This document shows positions 1-9,326 of a stretch of DNA of 57,423 nt, in pieces. Origin of the DNA: a virus. The position numbers were made by a program, and so were the translations under genes. The stretch lies in IMG/VR virus record IMGVR_UViG_3300045988_081621; one strand, written 5' to 3'. Under the pieces are notes generated by a model. It ran no database searches, was not told the DNA's origin, and was given only the letters and a program-made list of their open reading frames with translations. Each line of letters opens with the position of its first letter. Positions within the stretch are counted from its first letter, which is position 1.

Positions 1-59
1 TATATTGTAATACATAAAACTATATTTGTCAATAGTTTTTTATAAAAATACATAAAAAA
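1..59 (-). promoter_or_regulatory. Conserved early-promoter cassette, copy 1 (identical to 57365-57423)
   Basis: Minus strand reads TTGACA (27-32), 17-nt spacer, TACAAT (4-9), with an A/T-rich upstream element. The same 59-mer occurs at 49196-49254 and 57365-57423. Transcription would leave the left edge, or enter the right end if the molecule is circular. Confidence 0.6.
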
Positions 60-90
60 TCCTCCTAGTATTTAAACTAAGAGGATTTTT
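53..90 (-). terminator. Rho-independent terminator closing the que/dpdA/clamp operon
   Basis: Arms AAATCCTC (57-64) and GAGGATTT (81-88) pair, with extra inner pairing TAGT/ACTA. On the minus strand the hairpin runs into a T-tract that is also the A-run of the promoter cassette. Confidence 0.6.
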
Positions 91-194
91 CCAGGAGGTA
101 AACGCAATGAACGAAAAGAACGGCTAAGAAACCTATCCTAATCTGTCACAGCTTTATTATAATACAGATTAATAATTTTGTAAAGTATATATGC

Positions 195-1289
195 TTATTC
201 AGATTTATTATCTAATTCTTCATCCTCAAGCAAAGCTATAACCTGTGTTACTTTTCCGCTTTCAATCTTCAAAGCATTTTCGTTTCCATAGCAAATCTTT
301 ACAGTATCGTCTGGATTAGCTTGCAACTGTTCTTTCAGCATTGGAATATCTACACAGCATACAAATGGTTCAAAATCCTTGCTTTCTACATAGTTAATAG
401 TCTCTGTTGAAGCATCCTTTTTACTATGAATATTGATACCCTTTCTTCCGAATGTGAAATATGCTCCATTCTTATCATAAGGCTCAATGAATAATGCAAG
501 TCTATCAAGTACGGATAAAAGTAAATCCTTTGGTACTTTGCAAGAAGATGTAAATGCTTCATCAAGATAAGCGTTTACTTCACTTGCTGGGAAATCTTCA
601 ATTCCTTCCATTAATGCACCATCAATAATAACATCTTCTGTCACAAACTGAATACTCGTTCTTCCTATAAAAACCACAATATCTTCCTTTGTATTTAGTG
701 TTAATAACTGCATCTGCTGAGCAGAAATAAGAATAGGATTTTCACAATCAAACATCTTAAATCCATTGAATGTGATAACATTTGCATCCGTACTAATAAC
801 AGTATCTCCGCAATAGTAACCAGTTAAAGCTGGATTCTCAAGTGTCTTTGCAAGTGCTGATTTATTGATATTATAAGCTTGCATAACACTGGAAAGTTTG
901 GTTGCACACTGTACATTTTTATCGTCCATCATCTTAATATCTGGGAATGAGATAAGTCCTTCCTCGTCTGAAATCAATGGAATCTTATAAGTTCCGTTTG
1001 CTTTTACAAAAAGTACATCATCTTTTACAGATAAGTCAATATCTTCTGAGGTTGTCTTTGCAATCAACTTTCCAAACTTATCGGCATCTACTGTAATGTC
1101 CATATCATCCCCAGCTACTTTGTCAATGATAATACATAATGTATTAGTCATATCTGTTGTAAGCAATCTCAACTTTCCATCTGATAATTTAATTCCAATC
1201 ATGGATGTAATAGGAATAAGATTATTAAATCCTGCTCCTTTGATTGCTTTGTTTACTGCTTCTTTCATTCTGCTTGTTACTACTTTCAT
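195..1289 (-). CDS. dnaN: DNA polymerase sliding clamp (beta-clamp, DnaN-like)
   Basis: 364 aa, the size of a three-domain beta clamp. N-terminal pattern GKLRLLTTDMTNTL resembles the DnaN domain I strand motif. RBS AAAGGAGG lies upstream of the ATG. Clamp-loader genes are present elsewhere in the window. The call rests on remembered family features only. Confidence 0.55.
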   Translation of the reverse strand: MKVVTSRMKEAVNKAIKGAGFNNLIPITSMIGIKLSDGKLRLLTTDMTNTLCIIIDKVAGDDMDITVDADKFGKLIAKTTSEDIDLSVKDDVLFVKANGTYKIPLISDEEGLISFPDIKMMDDKNVQCATKLSSVMQAYNINKSALAKTLENPALTGYYCGDTVISTDANVITFNGFKMFDCENPILISAQQMQLLTLNTKEDIVVFIGRTSIQFVTEDVIIDGALMEGIEDFPASEVNAYLDEAFTSSCKVPKDLLLSVLDRLALFIEPYDKNGAYFTFGRKGINIHSKKDASTETINYVESKDFEPFVCCVDIPMLKEQLQANPDDTVKICYGNENALKIESGKVTQVIALLEDEELDNKSE

Positions 1290-1301
1290 TTTGTTCCTCC
1301 T

Positions 1302-1874
1302 TTAATTTAAGTTCATTAATGAATAAGCTTCTTTTCTTAGTTCAACATTATCATTGAACTCACCTCTTATAGTAGCTGTCCTTGTCTTAGCTCCTCGACT
1401 CTTAATACCTCGTGCAGTCATACAGCTATGTTCTCCTTGTACAACTACTAATACATCATTTGAACCGGTTGCCATCTGTACAATCTCAGCAATATCTGAA
1501 CCTATTCTTTCTTGAAGCTGTAATCGCTTTCCAACCATATCAGCAATACGAGCAAACTTGCTTAAGCCTAATACTTTGCCATTCGGTATATAAGCGATAG
1601 AAACAGTCATGTTATACATAAGAGCTAAATGATGTTCACAATAACTAAATATTGGAATATCCTGTACAACAACTAAATCATTATTATCAGTATCAAAGCA
1701 TTTACAGAATTTATCTGCAATTTCTGCATTGGTATAATTCATACCTTCAAATACTTCTTCATACATCTTTGCCACTCTTTTTGGTGTATCTACAAGACCC
1801 GGTCTATCTGGGTCATCACCTAATGCAATTAATATTTCCTTGATTGCTTTTTCTATTCTGTTCTTATCAATCAT
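1302..1874 (-). CDS. folE: GTP cyclohydrolase I
   Basis: 190 aa with the [12 protein letters not shown] motif (CEHH zinc site) and QGEHSCM. Sits in a que gene cluster. Confidence 0.9.
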   Translation of the reverse strand: MIDKNRIEKAIKEILIALGDDPDRPGLVDTPKRVAKMYEEVFEGMNYTNAEIADKFCKCFDTDNNDLVVVQDIPIFSYCEHHLALMYNMTVSIAYIPNGKVLGLSKFARIADMVGKRLQLQERIGSDIAEIVQMATGSNDVLVVVQGEHSCMTARGIKSRGAKTRTATIRGEFNDNVELRKEAYSLMNLN

Positions 1875-1876
1875 TC

Positions 1877-2521
1877 TTAAACACCTCTCTCATTTGGATT
1901 CCATATAATCTTATGTAACTGAATCTGAACTTTACAATCATACATCTTATGCTTTAATAGATACTGTACTATTTCTTTAGGTTCAATTTCACCAAATACT
2001 GGGCTAAAATATATCTGTGCTTGTGGATTATATTTCTCAATAACTTGTAATGCTTTATTCAAATCCTCCTGACTGCCTACAACAAATTTAAGCACATCAT
2101 TTGTGGATAATAATCTAAAGTTATGACAATCCATATGATTTTCCATACCACTTGAAGGGCATTTATAGTCCATTGTAAAGAATAAACGTGGACTTGCTGG
2201 AAATTTTCCAATGTACTGTGAGCCATTAGTCTCAATATTTACCCAATAACCTTTTTCTAATAGTATATCAACAAGTTTATTGATACCTGGATGTACAAGA
2301 GGTTCTCCCCCAGTTATTGTTACTGAATGAATACCTCCTCTTTCTACTGCCCCAACAATCTGTGGAATACTCATAATTGAATATCCTTCTCCCTCACACC
2401 CATATCGTGTATCACAGTATGAGCAATTCAAATTGCATCCAAATAATCTTATAAAGGTGGTAGGTAAGCCAGCTCGCTTACCCTCACCATCAATGCTTTT
2501 AAATATTTCTACTACTTTCAT
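1877..2521 (-). CDS. queE: 7-carboxy-7-deazaguanine synthase (radical SAM)
   Basis: 214 aa with the [10 protein letters not shown] radical-SAM CxxxCxxC motif near the N-terminus. Neighbours are queD and folE. Confidence 0.9.
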   Translation of the reverse strand: MKVVEIFKSIDGEGKRAGLPTTFIRLFGCNLNCSYCDTRYGCEGEGYSIMSIPQIVGAVERGGIHSVTITGGEPLVHPGINKLVDILLEKGYWVNIETNGSQYIGKFPASPRLFFTMDYKCPSSGMENHMDCHNFRLLSTNDVLKFVVGSQEDLNKALQVIEKYNPQAQIYFSPVFGEIEPKEIVQYLLKHKMYDCKVQIQLHKIIWNPNERGV

Positions 2522-2524
2522 TTT

Positions 2525-2878
2525 TTAATCCTCCACATAAATAGCGATATTGCCTTCGCTCTCTTGAACTTCTACTTTATAACACTGACCAACTTCACAA
2601 ATAGCTGAAACTCTCTTGCATATCCATTTTGCCATATTCTCAGCAGTTGGATTAAGAGGATACACAACATCATTAATACAAGCATGGTCTAACTTATCGT
2701 GTATCTCTTTTTTAATTTTTGTAAAATCTACAATCATTCCATAATCAGTGAGCTTGTCCGATTTACAATAAACAGTAACAATCCAATTATGCCCATGTAA
2801 GTTCTCACACTTGCTGTCATAAGGGAGCTCTAAATGATGAGCCCCTGCAATTTCCATTCTTTTTGATACATAATACAT
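2525..2878 (-). CDS. queD: 6-carboxy-5,6,7,8-tetrahydropterin synthase
   Basis: HGHNW motif and AGAHHL. The start is moved to the ATG at 2878 (MYYVSK...), which has AGGAGG 8 nt upstream. The track ORF extends to 2911 inside queC. Confidence 0.85.
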   Translation of the reverse strand: MYYVSKRMEIAGAHHLELPYDSKCENLHGHNWIVTVYCKSDKLTDYGMIVDFTKIKKEIHDKLDHACINDVVYPLNPTAENMAKWICKRVSAICEVGQCYKVEVQESEGNIAIYVED

Positions 2879-2882
2879 ATCT

Positions 2883-3587
2883 TTAATCCTCCTGATACTC
2901 AATAGGGTCATTTATACCATTAGCTTCAAAAGCATGTCTTCTGTCTATACACGTACCACATTTACCACAAGCCTTCTCACCCCCATGATAACAACTCCAA
3001 GTTAATTCATAAGGTACACCTAAATCTAAACCTGTCTTCACCACACCTGCTTTATTCATATGAATAAAAGGTCTGTTGATATGAATCTTACCATAAGTTC
3101 CAATGTTAATTGCTTTATCCATAGCATCCGCAAATTCTGGAGAACAGTCTGCATAAGCTTCTCCAGCGGCATCATCTGCATGAGCTCCATAGAACACTTC
3201 TACCTCTTCTCCCGGGAAAAGACTATCGGCAAAAGCTGTTGCAATGGATAATAATAATCCATTTCTGAAAGGTACATAAGTACCAACTCTACCCTCTCCA
3301 TTCTGCTTAATCTGGTCTGCATAACTCATATCTAAAATTTCATCTTTAGAACCTTTAATAAGTGAGCAAACTTCTCCAGCATATTTCATTATATTAGATA
3401 TATCTTGTTCAATATGTCTAACACCATAATATTCTGCTATCTTCTTAGCACACTGTAGTTCTTTATCATGCTTCTGACCATAATATAAAGAAGCTGTTAT
3501 AACATTGTCTTTCCCATACTTATTTACTGCTATTGCTACACAAGTTGTTGAATCTACTCCTCCGGAGCTTAATACTAATGCTTTCAT
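2883..3587 (-). CDS. queC: 7-cyano-7-deazaguanine (preQ0) synthase
   Basis: 234 aa with the PP-loop LSSGGVDSTT and the C-terminal zinc cluster CGKCGTCIDR. Confidence 0.9.
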   Translation of the reverse strand: MKALVLSSGGVDSTTCVAIAVNKYGKDNVITASLYYGQKHDKELQCAKKIAEYYGVRHIEQDISNIMKYAGEVCSLIKGSKDEILDMSYADQIKQNGEGRVGTYVPFRNGLLLSIATAFADSLFPGEEVEVFYGAHADDAAGEAYADCSPEFADAMDKAINIGTYGKIHINRPFIHMNKAGVVKTGLDLGVPYELTWSCYHGGEKACGKCGTCIDRRHAFEANGINDPIEYQED

Positions 3588-3588
3588 A

Positions 3589-4077
3589 TTATTTTGTCCT
3601 TTCTAATGATAACTGGTCGAACTGTCTTTTTGTAACCATACACTCATAGCCTGACCCTGGTTTAGCATAATTAGCAAATGGTAATATAGAAATACCACCT
3701 CTAGGTAAGAAATTACCTTTTACTTCAATGTACTTAGGGTCCATTAATTTAATAAGGTCCTTCATAATGATATTAGTACAATCCTCATGGAAATCACCAT
3801 GATTTCTAAAACTAAATAGATAAAGTTTAAGCGATTTGCTTTCTACCATTCTTTTATCAGGAATATAGTTAATTATTATTTCTGCAAAATCAGGTTGTCC
3901 TGTTTTTGGGCATAAGCTTGTAAATTCAGGACATGTAAATGTTACCATATAATCATTATCCTGATGCTTGTTAATAAATGTCTGTAATACAGAAGAGTCA
4001 TAGTCATACTGATAATGTGTATTCTGATTACCTAGTAAACTCACTCCTTCTAATTCTTTTTTGTTTCTTCCTTCCAT
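3589..4077 (-). CDS. queF: NADPH-dependent 7-cyano-7-deazaguanine reductase (preQ0 to preQ1), unimodular type
   Basis: 162 aa with the catalytic Cys context [13 protein letters not shown] and the QueF motif [15 protein letters not shown]. Confidence 0.85.
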   Translation of the reverse strand: MEGRNKKELEGVSLLGNQNTHYQYDYDSSVLQTFINKHQDNDYMVTFTCPEFTSLCPKTGQPDFAEIIINYIPDKRMVESKSLKLYLFSFRNHGDFHEDCTNIIMKDLIKLMDPKYIEVKGNFLPRGGISILPFANYAKPGSGYECMVTKRQFDQLSLERTK

Positions 4078-4157
4078 TTAAGAAGTCCTCCTTTATTTTT
4101 TAATATTTATTATAAAGGAGCAGGATGTCAGGTTATACATAACTGCTCCTTATAACC

Positions 4158-5141
4158 TTAAAATAATGACCTTTTATTATAACTTTGTCCAGTAAACTTA
4201 TAGTTGTCTGCCCATTTTTTTAAATAGATACAATTAGCAAGACTTCTTTCATAAACTTTATTGGAGAGGTCATCAAATTTTACTCCAATCTGTTCTATAT
4301 ATTCTCTTATATACTTTTTGGTAATAGCGTCTTGATTTACAAAATGGTCGGGAGAGTTTGTACGAGTTCCAAACCCTATAAGCGTATAACTCATCTCACC
4401 AGGCACTATATTAGGTTTAGGGATATACACAAATCCATATGCGGCTTTCTTAACCCAACCCGCTGAATCTGCTGACCAAAAAGGATATCTTTCAAGCAAA
4501 TATAATGAAGTCATGCCAAATGCATGTGTCTTGACATTTGGATTACTTGAGCTACCAATAATCTTAAACACTTTGTCCATAAAATCAATTTTTCCATTTA
4601 TATGAGAATCGTTTGCTGGGGATATTCCTATATATTCTATATGGTTACCTTTCGCATCTTTATATTCAAGCATGTTATTAAGCCACTTAAAATCTTCACC
4701 TTGATGAAATATAGGAAGTAACTTATTAACTTCTTTTATATGCTCTCTCATATATAAGTAATTCTCCCAACTTTGTCGAGGAGCTAGTAATACTTGTTGT
4801 CTAGTTTTAGGTTGCTTATATACACCAGGTATCTTATCCACTTGTGCTATTGCATTGCACCTAGTACTAATTGAATTAGCATAAGATATATAGTCATCAA
4901 CATCAATTTCTACACCTCTACTATGAGCCGCCCATGCTCCTGAATCTAAAAATATGTTATCTCTTCTTCTGCTTGATAACCAATTAGATATTGCTTTTCT
5001 GTCAGTTACTTGTGTGAATAACTTAAGTACATTATTGGCATCAAACCAATGTTGTAGATAATTACTAACGCCCCCCGCAAAATATAATCTAAAAGGTTCT
5101 TGACCACTATAGCAAGATTTTATAAATTGGGGATATATCAT
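4158..5141 (-). CDS. dpdA: DpdA-like tRNA-guanine-transglycosylase-fold enzyme, predicted DNA 7-deazaguanine transglycosylase
   Basis: 327 aa with FLDSGAWAAH, resembling the TGT/DpdA catalytic DSG motif. It lies immediately upstream of the complete preQ1 pathway. Overlaps the preceding ORF by ATGA. Confidence 0.65.
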   Translation of the reverse strand: MIYPQFIKSCYSGQEPFRLYFAGGVSNYLQHWFDANNVLKLFTQVTDRKAISNWLSSRRRDNIFLDSGAWAAHSRGVEIDVDDYISYANSISTRCNAIAQVDKIPGVYKQPKTRQQVLLAPRQSWENYLYMREHIKEVNKLLPIFHQGEDFKWLNNMLEYKDAKGNHIEYIGISPANDSHINGKIDFMDKVFKIIGSSSNPNVKTHAFGMTSLYLLERYPFWSADSAGWVKKAAYGFVYIPKPNIVPGEMSYTLIGFGTRTNSPDHFVNQDAITKKYIREYIEQIGVKFDDLSNKVYERSLANCIYLKKWADNYKFTGQSYNKRSLF

Positions 5142-5722
5142 ATCAACGCCTCCTTTTGAAAATCTAAGAGATATCTTATATTCTTAATATAATCACAATC
5201 ATATGATACATGATAACAATTTCCTAACGTATTATTTACAAATTTATGAAATGAAATTCCTTCGGGTAAGTTATCAACTTTTTCTCTCATATATACTGTA
5301 ACCTTTTTAGAAAGAACATCCACCTCAGCCAGTCTCTTTGGCTTTTCACTATTTGTCTTTATTGTGAGATAATTTCTATTTGTCTTATAAGGTACTTGAA
5401 CATACTCAGATAAAGAATCAATAATATGTGAAAGAATTAAGTCAATATTATTCTTTTTATTTTCTGATTTTTCGTTCTTAACAGAATGTCCATCCTCAAA
5501 TGGTGCAATCTTATTAATAACCTCTGGTTTTGATTCTTTAAGTTCTGCAAAATCAACATCACATTTTTTCCACCATCTTTTTATAGTTGATGAACAATAA
5601 GATAATTGCTTACCTTTTTTATCACCATTTAAAAATTCTATTGTATAAGTTTTAAATTTTTCATTAAACTCTAGTAATTTAATTAATGTTGTATTATCTT
5701 TCTTTGATATATAAGTTATCAT
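5138..5722 (-). CDS. Hypothetical protein, first cistron of the deazaguanine operon
   Basis: 194 aa counted from the ATG at 5722, with GGAGG about 10 nt upstream. Its stop overlaps the dpdA start (ATGA). Lys-rich middle region. No motif I recognise. Confidence 0.6.
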   Translation of the reverse strand: MITYISKKDNTTLIKLLEFNEKFKTYTIEFLNGDKKGKQLSYCSSTIKRWWKKCDVDFAELKESKPEVINKIAPFEDGHSVKNEKSENKKNNIDLILSHIIDSLSEYVQVPYKTNRNYLTIKTNSEKPKRLAEVDVLSKKVTVYMREKVDNLPEGISFHKFVNNTLGNCYHVSYDCDYIKNIRYLLDFQKEALI

Positions 5723-5764
5723 AATATGCATACCTCCATTGTTTATGTATCTGTTATCTTTAAC

Positions 5765-5805
5765 ATATTTGTATTGTAATACATAAAAAGGTATTTGTCA
5801 ATAGG
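5765..5805 (-). promoter_or_regulatory. Early-promoter cassette, copy 2 (drives the dpdA/que operon)
   Basis: Minus strand TTGACA (5796-5801), 17 nt, TACAAT (5773-5778). Shares the core attgtaatacataaaa...tttgtcaatag with the other copies. Confidence 0.7.
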
Positions 5806-5819
5806 AATTTCAATTTTTT

Positions 5820-8081
5820 TTAATTTATTTCTACTTCTTCACCATACCAGTTTTTAGTGAAATCCACATCACACCTGAATGGAAGTTTAATTAAATGAGT
5901 TGGGGCTGTTCGCATTAAATAAGAAAGTCTTTCTCCTGCTTCCTTTGCATTTTCAATAGGACATTCACCTATTACCTCATCATGGACTTGTATAAGCAGA
6001 TGGAAATCAAGCTCTTTCATTCTTTCATCATTATTTATTGCAATCATAGCCAGCTTTGTTATATCTGCGGCTGAACCTTGTACTCTTGCATTAACACACT
6101 GCCTTTCTGCCTGTGATATGAATCCACCATTATCTTTAATCTTAATTCCTTGAGATAAAGCACTTTGGATTATGTCATTTTTCTTTTTCCAACCAAAAGC
6201 CTTTTGAAGCTGTTTAGTATAGTTATCCTTTACTTTTTTTGGTACTTCTGTTGATACTTCACTTCCAAATGCTAATGGGTCAAAGTTAGTGACTTTTCCA
6301 CTATAAGTAAACTCATAGGGTTCCAATTGCATATCATGTAAATGTCTTCTTCTACCCCATGCAGTAGTAACATATCCTTCAGTTCTTGCCATTTCTTGTG
6401 AATCTTCAATAAACTTTCCGAGGGCTGGGAATGAAGCTATAACCTTATCATATATGGCTTGAGCTTCCTTAGTAGATACCCCAAGCTGTTCTGCGATTGA
6501 AGGAATCTGTCTACCATACAAAATTCCAAGGACTATGCTCTTAGCCTGACCTCTTCTTTCCTTACCTGCTGGGTTTACTGTTCCATCTTCTCTAAACTCT
6601 TTGCATTCTTCATAAGGCTTATGAAATGCAAGTGCGGCTATTGTAGCATATATATCCTTACCATTTATAAAGGCTTCCTGCATTTTCTTGTCGGCAGATA
6701 GATGAGCTGTAACCATCGGCTCCTGCTGACTGAAATCCGAGCCTATAAGCACATATCCATCTTGAGCTTTGAACATCTGTCTAATCTCTTTATTATGTGA
6801 AGGAATATTCTGGAGGTTTGGGTCCTGTGAACTGAATCTTCCTGTCTTAGCTCCATATTGATTATAACTTGCGTGTACTCTTCCATCTTCCAATGCAATT
6901 TCAGGCATTTTATCAATGTAAGTTCCAAGTAACTTTTCCACATTTCTCATTCCCAAAATAGCTTCACAAAGATTCTTTTCTTTACCTTGTGCAAAGTGCT
7001 TTAGAATATCTTCACCTGTTCCTCTAGGTGCTTTTTTATCCGGACTTTCTAATCCTAAAATATCATAAAACAATATTGCAAGCTGAGTAGGGCTTGATAA
7101 TGATATAGGGTCTGATAACTTATTATTAGGATTTTTCATCTTGTAGTTATCAATTTCATTTTGATACATTGCTATTGCTTCATCAGCTTGCTTTTTTCTT
7201 TCTTCTCTAATAGCATGATATTTTTCATGTAGATTTTTACAAACATCAAAATCCAAACATACCCCTCTATCTTCCATATCTGCTACAACTGAAATCAAAG
7301 GCATTTCAATATTCTTAAATACATTATAAGGTCCAGCTAATACTCGTCTGTTTAATAATGTTTTTTGATACTCGTATAATTCATATGTCTTTATAGGGTC
7401 ACCTGCCGCATATAGATAAGCTGTTGATATTGGAATATTATCGAAAGTAACACCGTTAAACAAAGAATCAAAGGTCAATGATTCTGTATCTTTACTATCA
7501 CAATATTTAAGATGTAAATCTTTCAATCTGTGACTTTCTTCTTCATCTATACAGTATGCCGCTAACATTGTATCCCAATAAGGTTTGAAATCTATTCCAA
7601 GTGTCTTTCTACATACTCGGATATCATATTTTGCATTATGGAATATCCATCTAATATCATTATGAAACTCTTTCATAATCTTTGATACTGTCTGTTCGTC
7701 TAACTGGTCTTTAGTTCTTACACCTGTTATATAAGATTTATGATTGATTGGGATATACGCCGCTTTTTGTCCTGGAGTATAAATACATCCACCAACTATA
7801 TCTACAAGTAACGGGTTTAATCCTGTTGTCTCTGTATCTAATGCACCTTCCCCAACTTGCTTCATTTCTTTCATATATTCATATAGTTGGTCAGGTTCTC
7901 TGATAAGAATATAATCATCTTTATGAATTGCTAATTTTTGATTAGCAATAGCAACTATAGATTGTACTTGAGCGGCTAGATTATTTCCGCCGCTCCTAAT
8001 ACTTGTTCTATTTGTTACTGTTTTGGATTTCTTGATTATATTCTTATCATTGCTTTTTGGTCTTGCAAATGATAATGCCAT
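5820..8081 (-). CDS. polA: Family A DNA polymerase with 3'-5' exonuclease domain
   Basis: 753 aa. Exo I LDTETTGL, motif A SDFSQQEP, motif B RRGQAKSIVLGILYG, motif C LIQVHDE. Confidence 0.9.
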   Translation of the reverse strand: MALSFARPKSNDKNIIKKSKTVTNRTSIRSGGNNLAAQVQSIVAIANQKLAIHKDDYILIREPDQLYEYMKEMKQVGEGALDTETTGLNPLLVDIVGGCIYTPGQKAAYIPINHKSYITGVRTKDQLDEQTVSKIMKEFHNDIRWIFHNAKYDIRVCRKTLGIDFKPYWDTMLAAYCIDEEESHRLKDLHLKYCDSKDTESLTFDSLFNGVTFDNIPISTAYLYAAGDPIKTYELYEYQKTLLNRRVLAGPYNVFKNIEMPLISVVADMEDRGVCLDFDVCKNLHEKYHAIREERKKQADEAIAMYQNEIDNYKMKNPNNKLSDPISLSSPTQLAILFYDILGLESPDKKAPRGTGEDILKHFAQGKEKNLCEAILGMRNVEKLLGTYIDKMPEIALEDGRVHASYNQYGAKTGRFSSQDPNLQNIPSHNKEIRQMFKAQDGYVLIGSDFSQQEPMVTAHLSADKKMQEAFINGKDIYATIAALAFHKPYEECKEFREDGTVNPAGKERRGQAKSIVLGILYGRQIPSIAEQLGVSTKEAQAIYDKVIASFPALGKFIEDSQEMARTEGYVTTAWGRRRHLHDMQLEPYEFTYSGKVTNFDPLAFGSEVSTEVPKKVKDNYTKQLQKAFGWKKKNDIIQSALSQGIKIKDNGGFISQAERQCVNARVQGSAADITKLAMIAINNDERMKELDFHLLIQVHDEVIGECPIENAKEAGERLSYLMRTAPTHLIKLPFRCDVDFTKNWYGEEVEIN

Positions 8082-8093
8082 ATAATTTCTCCT

Positions 8094-8363
8094 CTAGTTT
8101 TTTATACAAAAATTTTCCCACTTCTTATAAGCGTCAACATATGTTTCGTTTTTATCCCCATTATAAGTAATTTCATAATACATGCCATCAGAAACCGTTG
8201 TGCTAACAAGTGCTTTATTATTCTGTAAAATCTTACAACTCCAAACTACAAAGACATCATTCTTTGTGATTTCTGACCTTTTCCCATCGGATTTATCGTG
8301 ATGTTTGTTAAAGTAATCAACTACAATGTCCTTGCATAAATTTAAAAATGTATCATTTCCCAT
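8094..8363 (-). CDS. Hypothetical protein
   Basis: 89-aa ORF tightly packed between polA and the SSB-like gene. Confidence 0.55.
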   Translation of the reverse strand: MGNDTFLNLCKDIVVDYFNKHHDKSDGKRSEITKNDVFVVWSCKILQNNKALVSTTVSDGMYYEITYNGDKNETYVDAYKKWENFCIKN

Positions 8364-8364
8364 T

Positions 8365-9051
8365 TTACATACCTGCCCTTCTGCTTGTTGCTCTGCTTGC
8401 TCCTCTTCTTGATGGAAGTGGTTCAGTGTTTCTGCGTCTTACCTGTGTATTATCTTCCTGATTACTGTCATTATTATCTGTATCTGGAAAACTTCCTGTA
8501 TCAAGATACTCCTGCATTTCGTCAGCTGACTTATCCATAATATATCCGCCTAAAAACTCAGGCTTTTCATACTGCGATACATCAATAGGCTCTTCCGGTG
8601 ATAACTGTATATCATAAGTTGTTTTCTTATCACCTTTTTTACCATTTCTTATAATGTCTACTGGTCTCTCTGTCATATCTCCCCAACGGTTTATAAAATT
8701 CTTAATCTTTGGAATAAATGTCTTTCCACGATTCCAAATCTTAATCTTTCCGTCCTGCTGGTCAACCATTGATAGCATCATAATGACTTTAGTTTTAAGT
8801 CCTGCTTGACAGAATGGACATACATCTAATGGGTCATCATAATTTCTTAGGCAAGAAACTGGTCTTGTCTTAGGATTTCCATTGTCATACTTTCCAACCT
8901 CAACCTCGTGGCAGTTGAATATATCAACATCATCCATATCATGTACAAGTAATTGTACCGTTGCACAATCCCCATCATTTTCAAGCTTTAGAAACTCAGT
9001 GTCTGAACTGTTTCCATACTTGTCTACTTCATCATAGTTAATTCTTCCCAT
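8365..9051 (-). CDS. Putative ssDNA-binding protein (gp32-like zinc motif), tentative
   Basis: 228 aa with an H...C-x10-C-x2-C arrangement (CHEVEV...SCLRNYDDPLDVCPFC) and an acidic then basic C-terminal tail. Lies in the replication module. Function is inferred only. Confidence 0.35.
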   Translation of the reverse strand: MGRINYDEVDKYGNSSDTEFLKLENDGDCATVQLLVHDMDDVDIFNCHEVEVGKYDNGNPKTRPVSCLRNYDDPLDVCPFCQAGLKTKVIMMLSMVDQQDGKIKIWNRGKTFIPKIKNFINRWGDMTERPVDIIRNGKKGDKKTTYDIQLSPEEPIDVSQYEKPEFLGGYIMDKSADEMQEYLDTGSFPDTDNNDSNQEDNTQVRRRNTEPLPSRRGASRATSRRAGM

Positions 9052-9183
9052 ACTTCTTTTTCCTTTCTTAATTGGTGTTAGTTGTTTTAGTTTTTGACAG
9101 TATTCCCAGCTTTATTTCTGTCTATCCCAATGAACGCATTCCATGCATATCCGGTCCTTTTTCTTTCGTCTGCCAGGATATAA

Positions 9184-9255
9184 CAACCCTAGTTGGATTC
9201 GAACCAACAAATGCAGGAGTCAAATTCCTGTGCCTTACCTTTTGGCTATAGGGCT
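9184..9255 (-). tRNA. tRNA-Gln (anticodon UUG)
   Basis: Hand-folded 72-nt cloverleaf. Acceptor AGCCCTA/TAGGGTT, D arm GCC..GGC, anticodon stem CAGGA/TCCTG with loop ATTTGAC, T arm GTTGG-TTCGAAT-CCAAC. Confidence 0.8.
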
Positions 9256-9326
9256 ATAAGAGATGTAAATTATGTGTATATAGCTTATATTCAGTTTCAA
9301 CTCTTGATATACACTACATCTCTAAT

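Noticed and set aside
92-128. Plus-strand AGGAGG, 8 nt, then ATG AAC GAA AAG AAC GGC TAA mini-ORF (5 codons) in the spacer after the clamp gene
   Set aside because: - It has a perfect SD.
- It is only five codons long.
- It sits on the otherwise empty strand with no promoter I can see.
- It is most likely chance in a region that is the 3' UTR of the minus-strand operon.
2102-2110. Perfect DnaA box (tgtggataa) inside queE
   Set aside because: - It is a single isolated copy inside a coding region.
- About one perfect copy is expected by chance in a window of this size and composition, by my rough estimate.
4085-4157. Hairpin aaggagcag...ctgctcctt between dpdA and queF, considered as a terminator splitting the modification operon
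   Set aside because: - On the coding strand the stem is followed by TATAATAAAT rather than a T-run.
- I could not pair that TATAAT with a credible -35 either.
- It is left as an unexplained hairpin. It shares the gttatacataac core mentioned under the terminator-family observation.
6743-6943. Minus-strand ORFs nested in other frames of larger genes (6743-6943, 9972-10160, 19806-20000, 25381-25563, 35909-36145, 53010-53207)
   Set aside because: - They are fully embedded in alternative frames of well-supported genes.
- They have no RBS.
- Their composition is implausible for real proteins.
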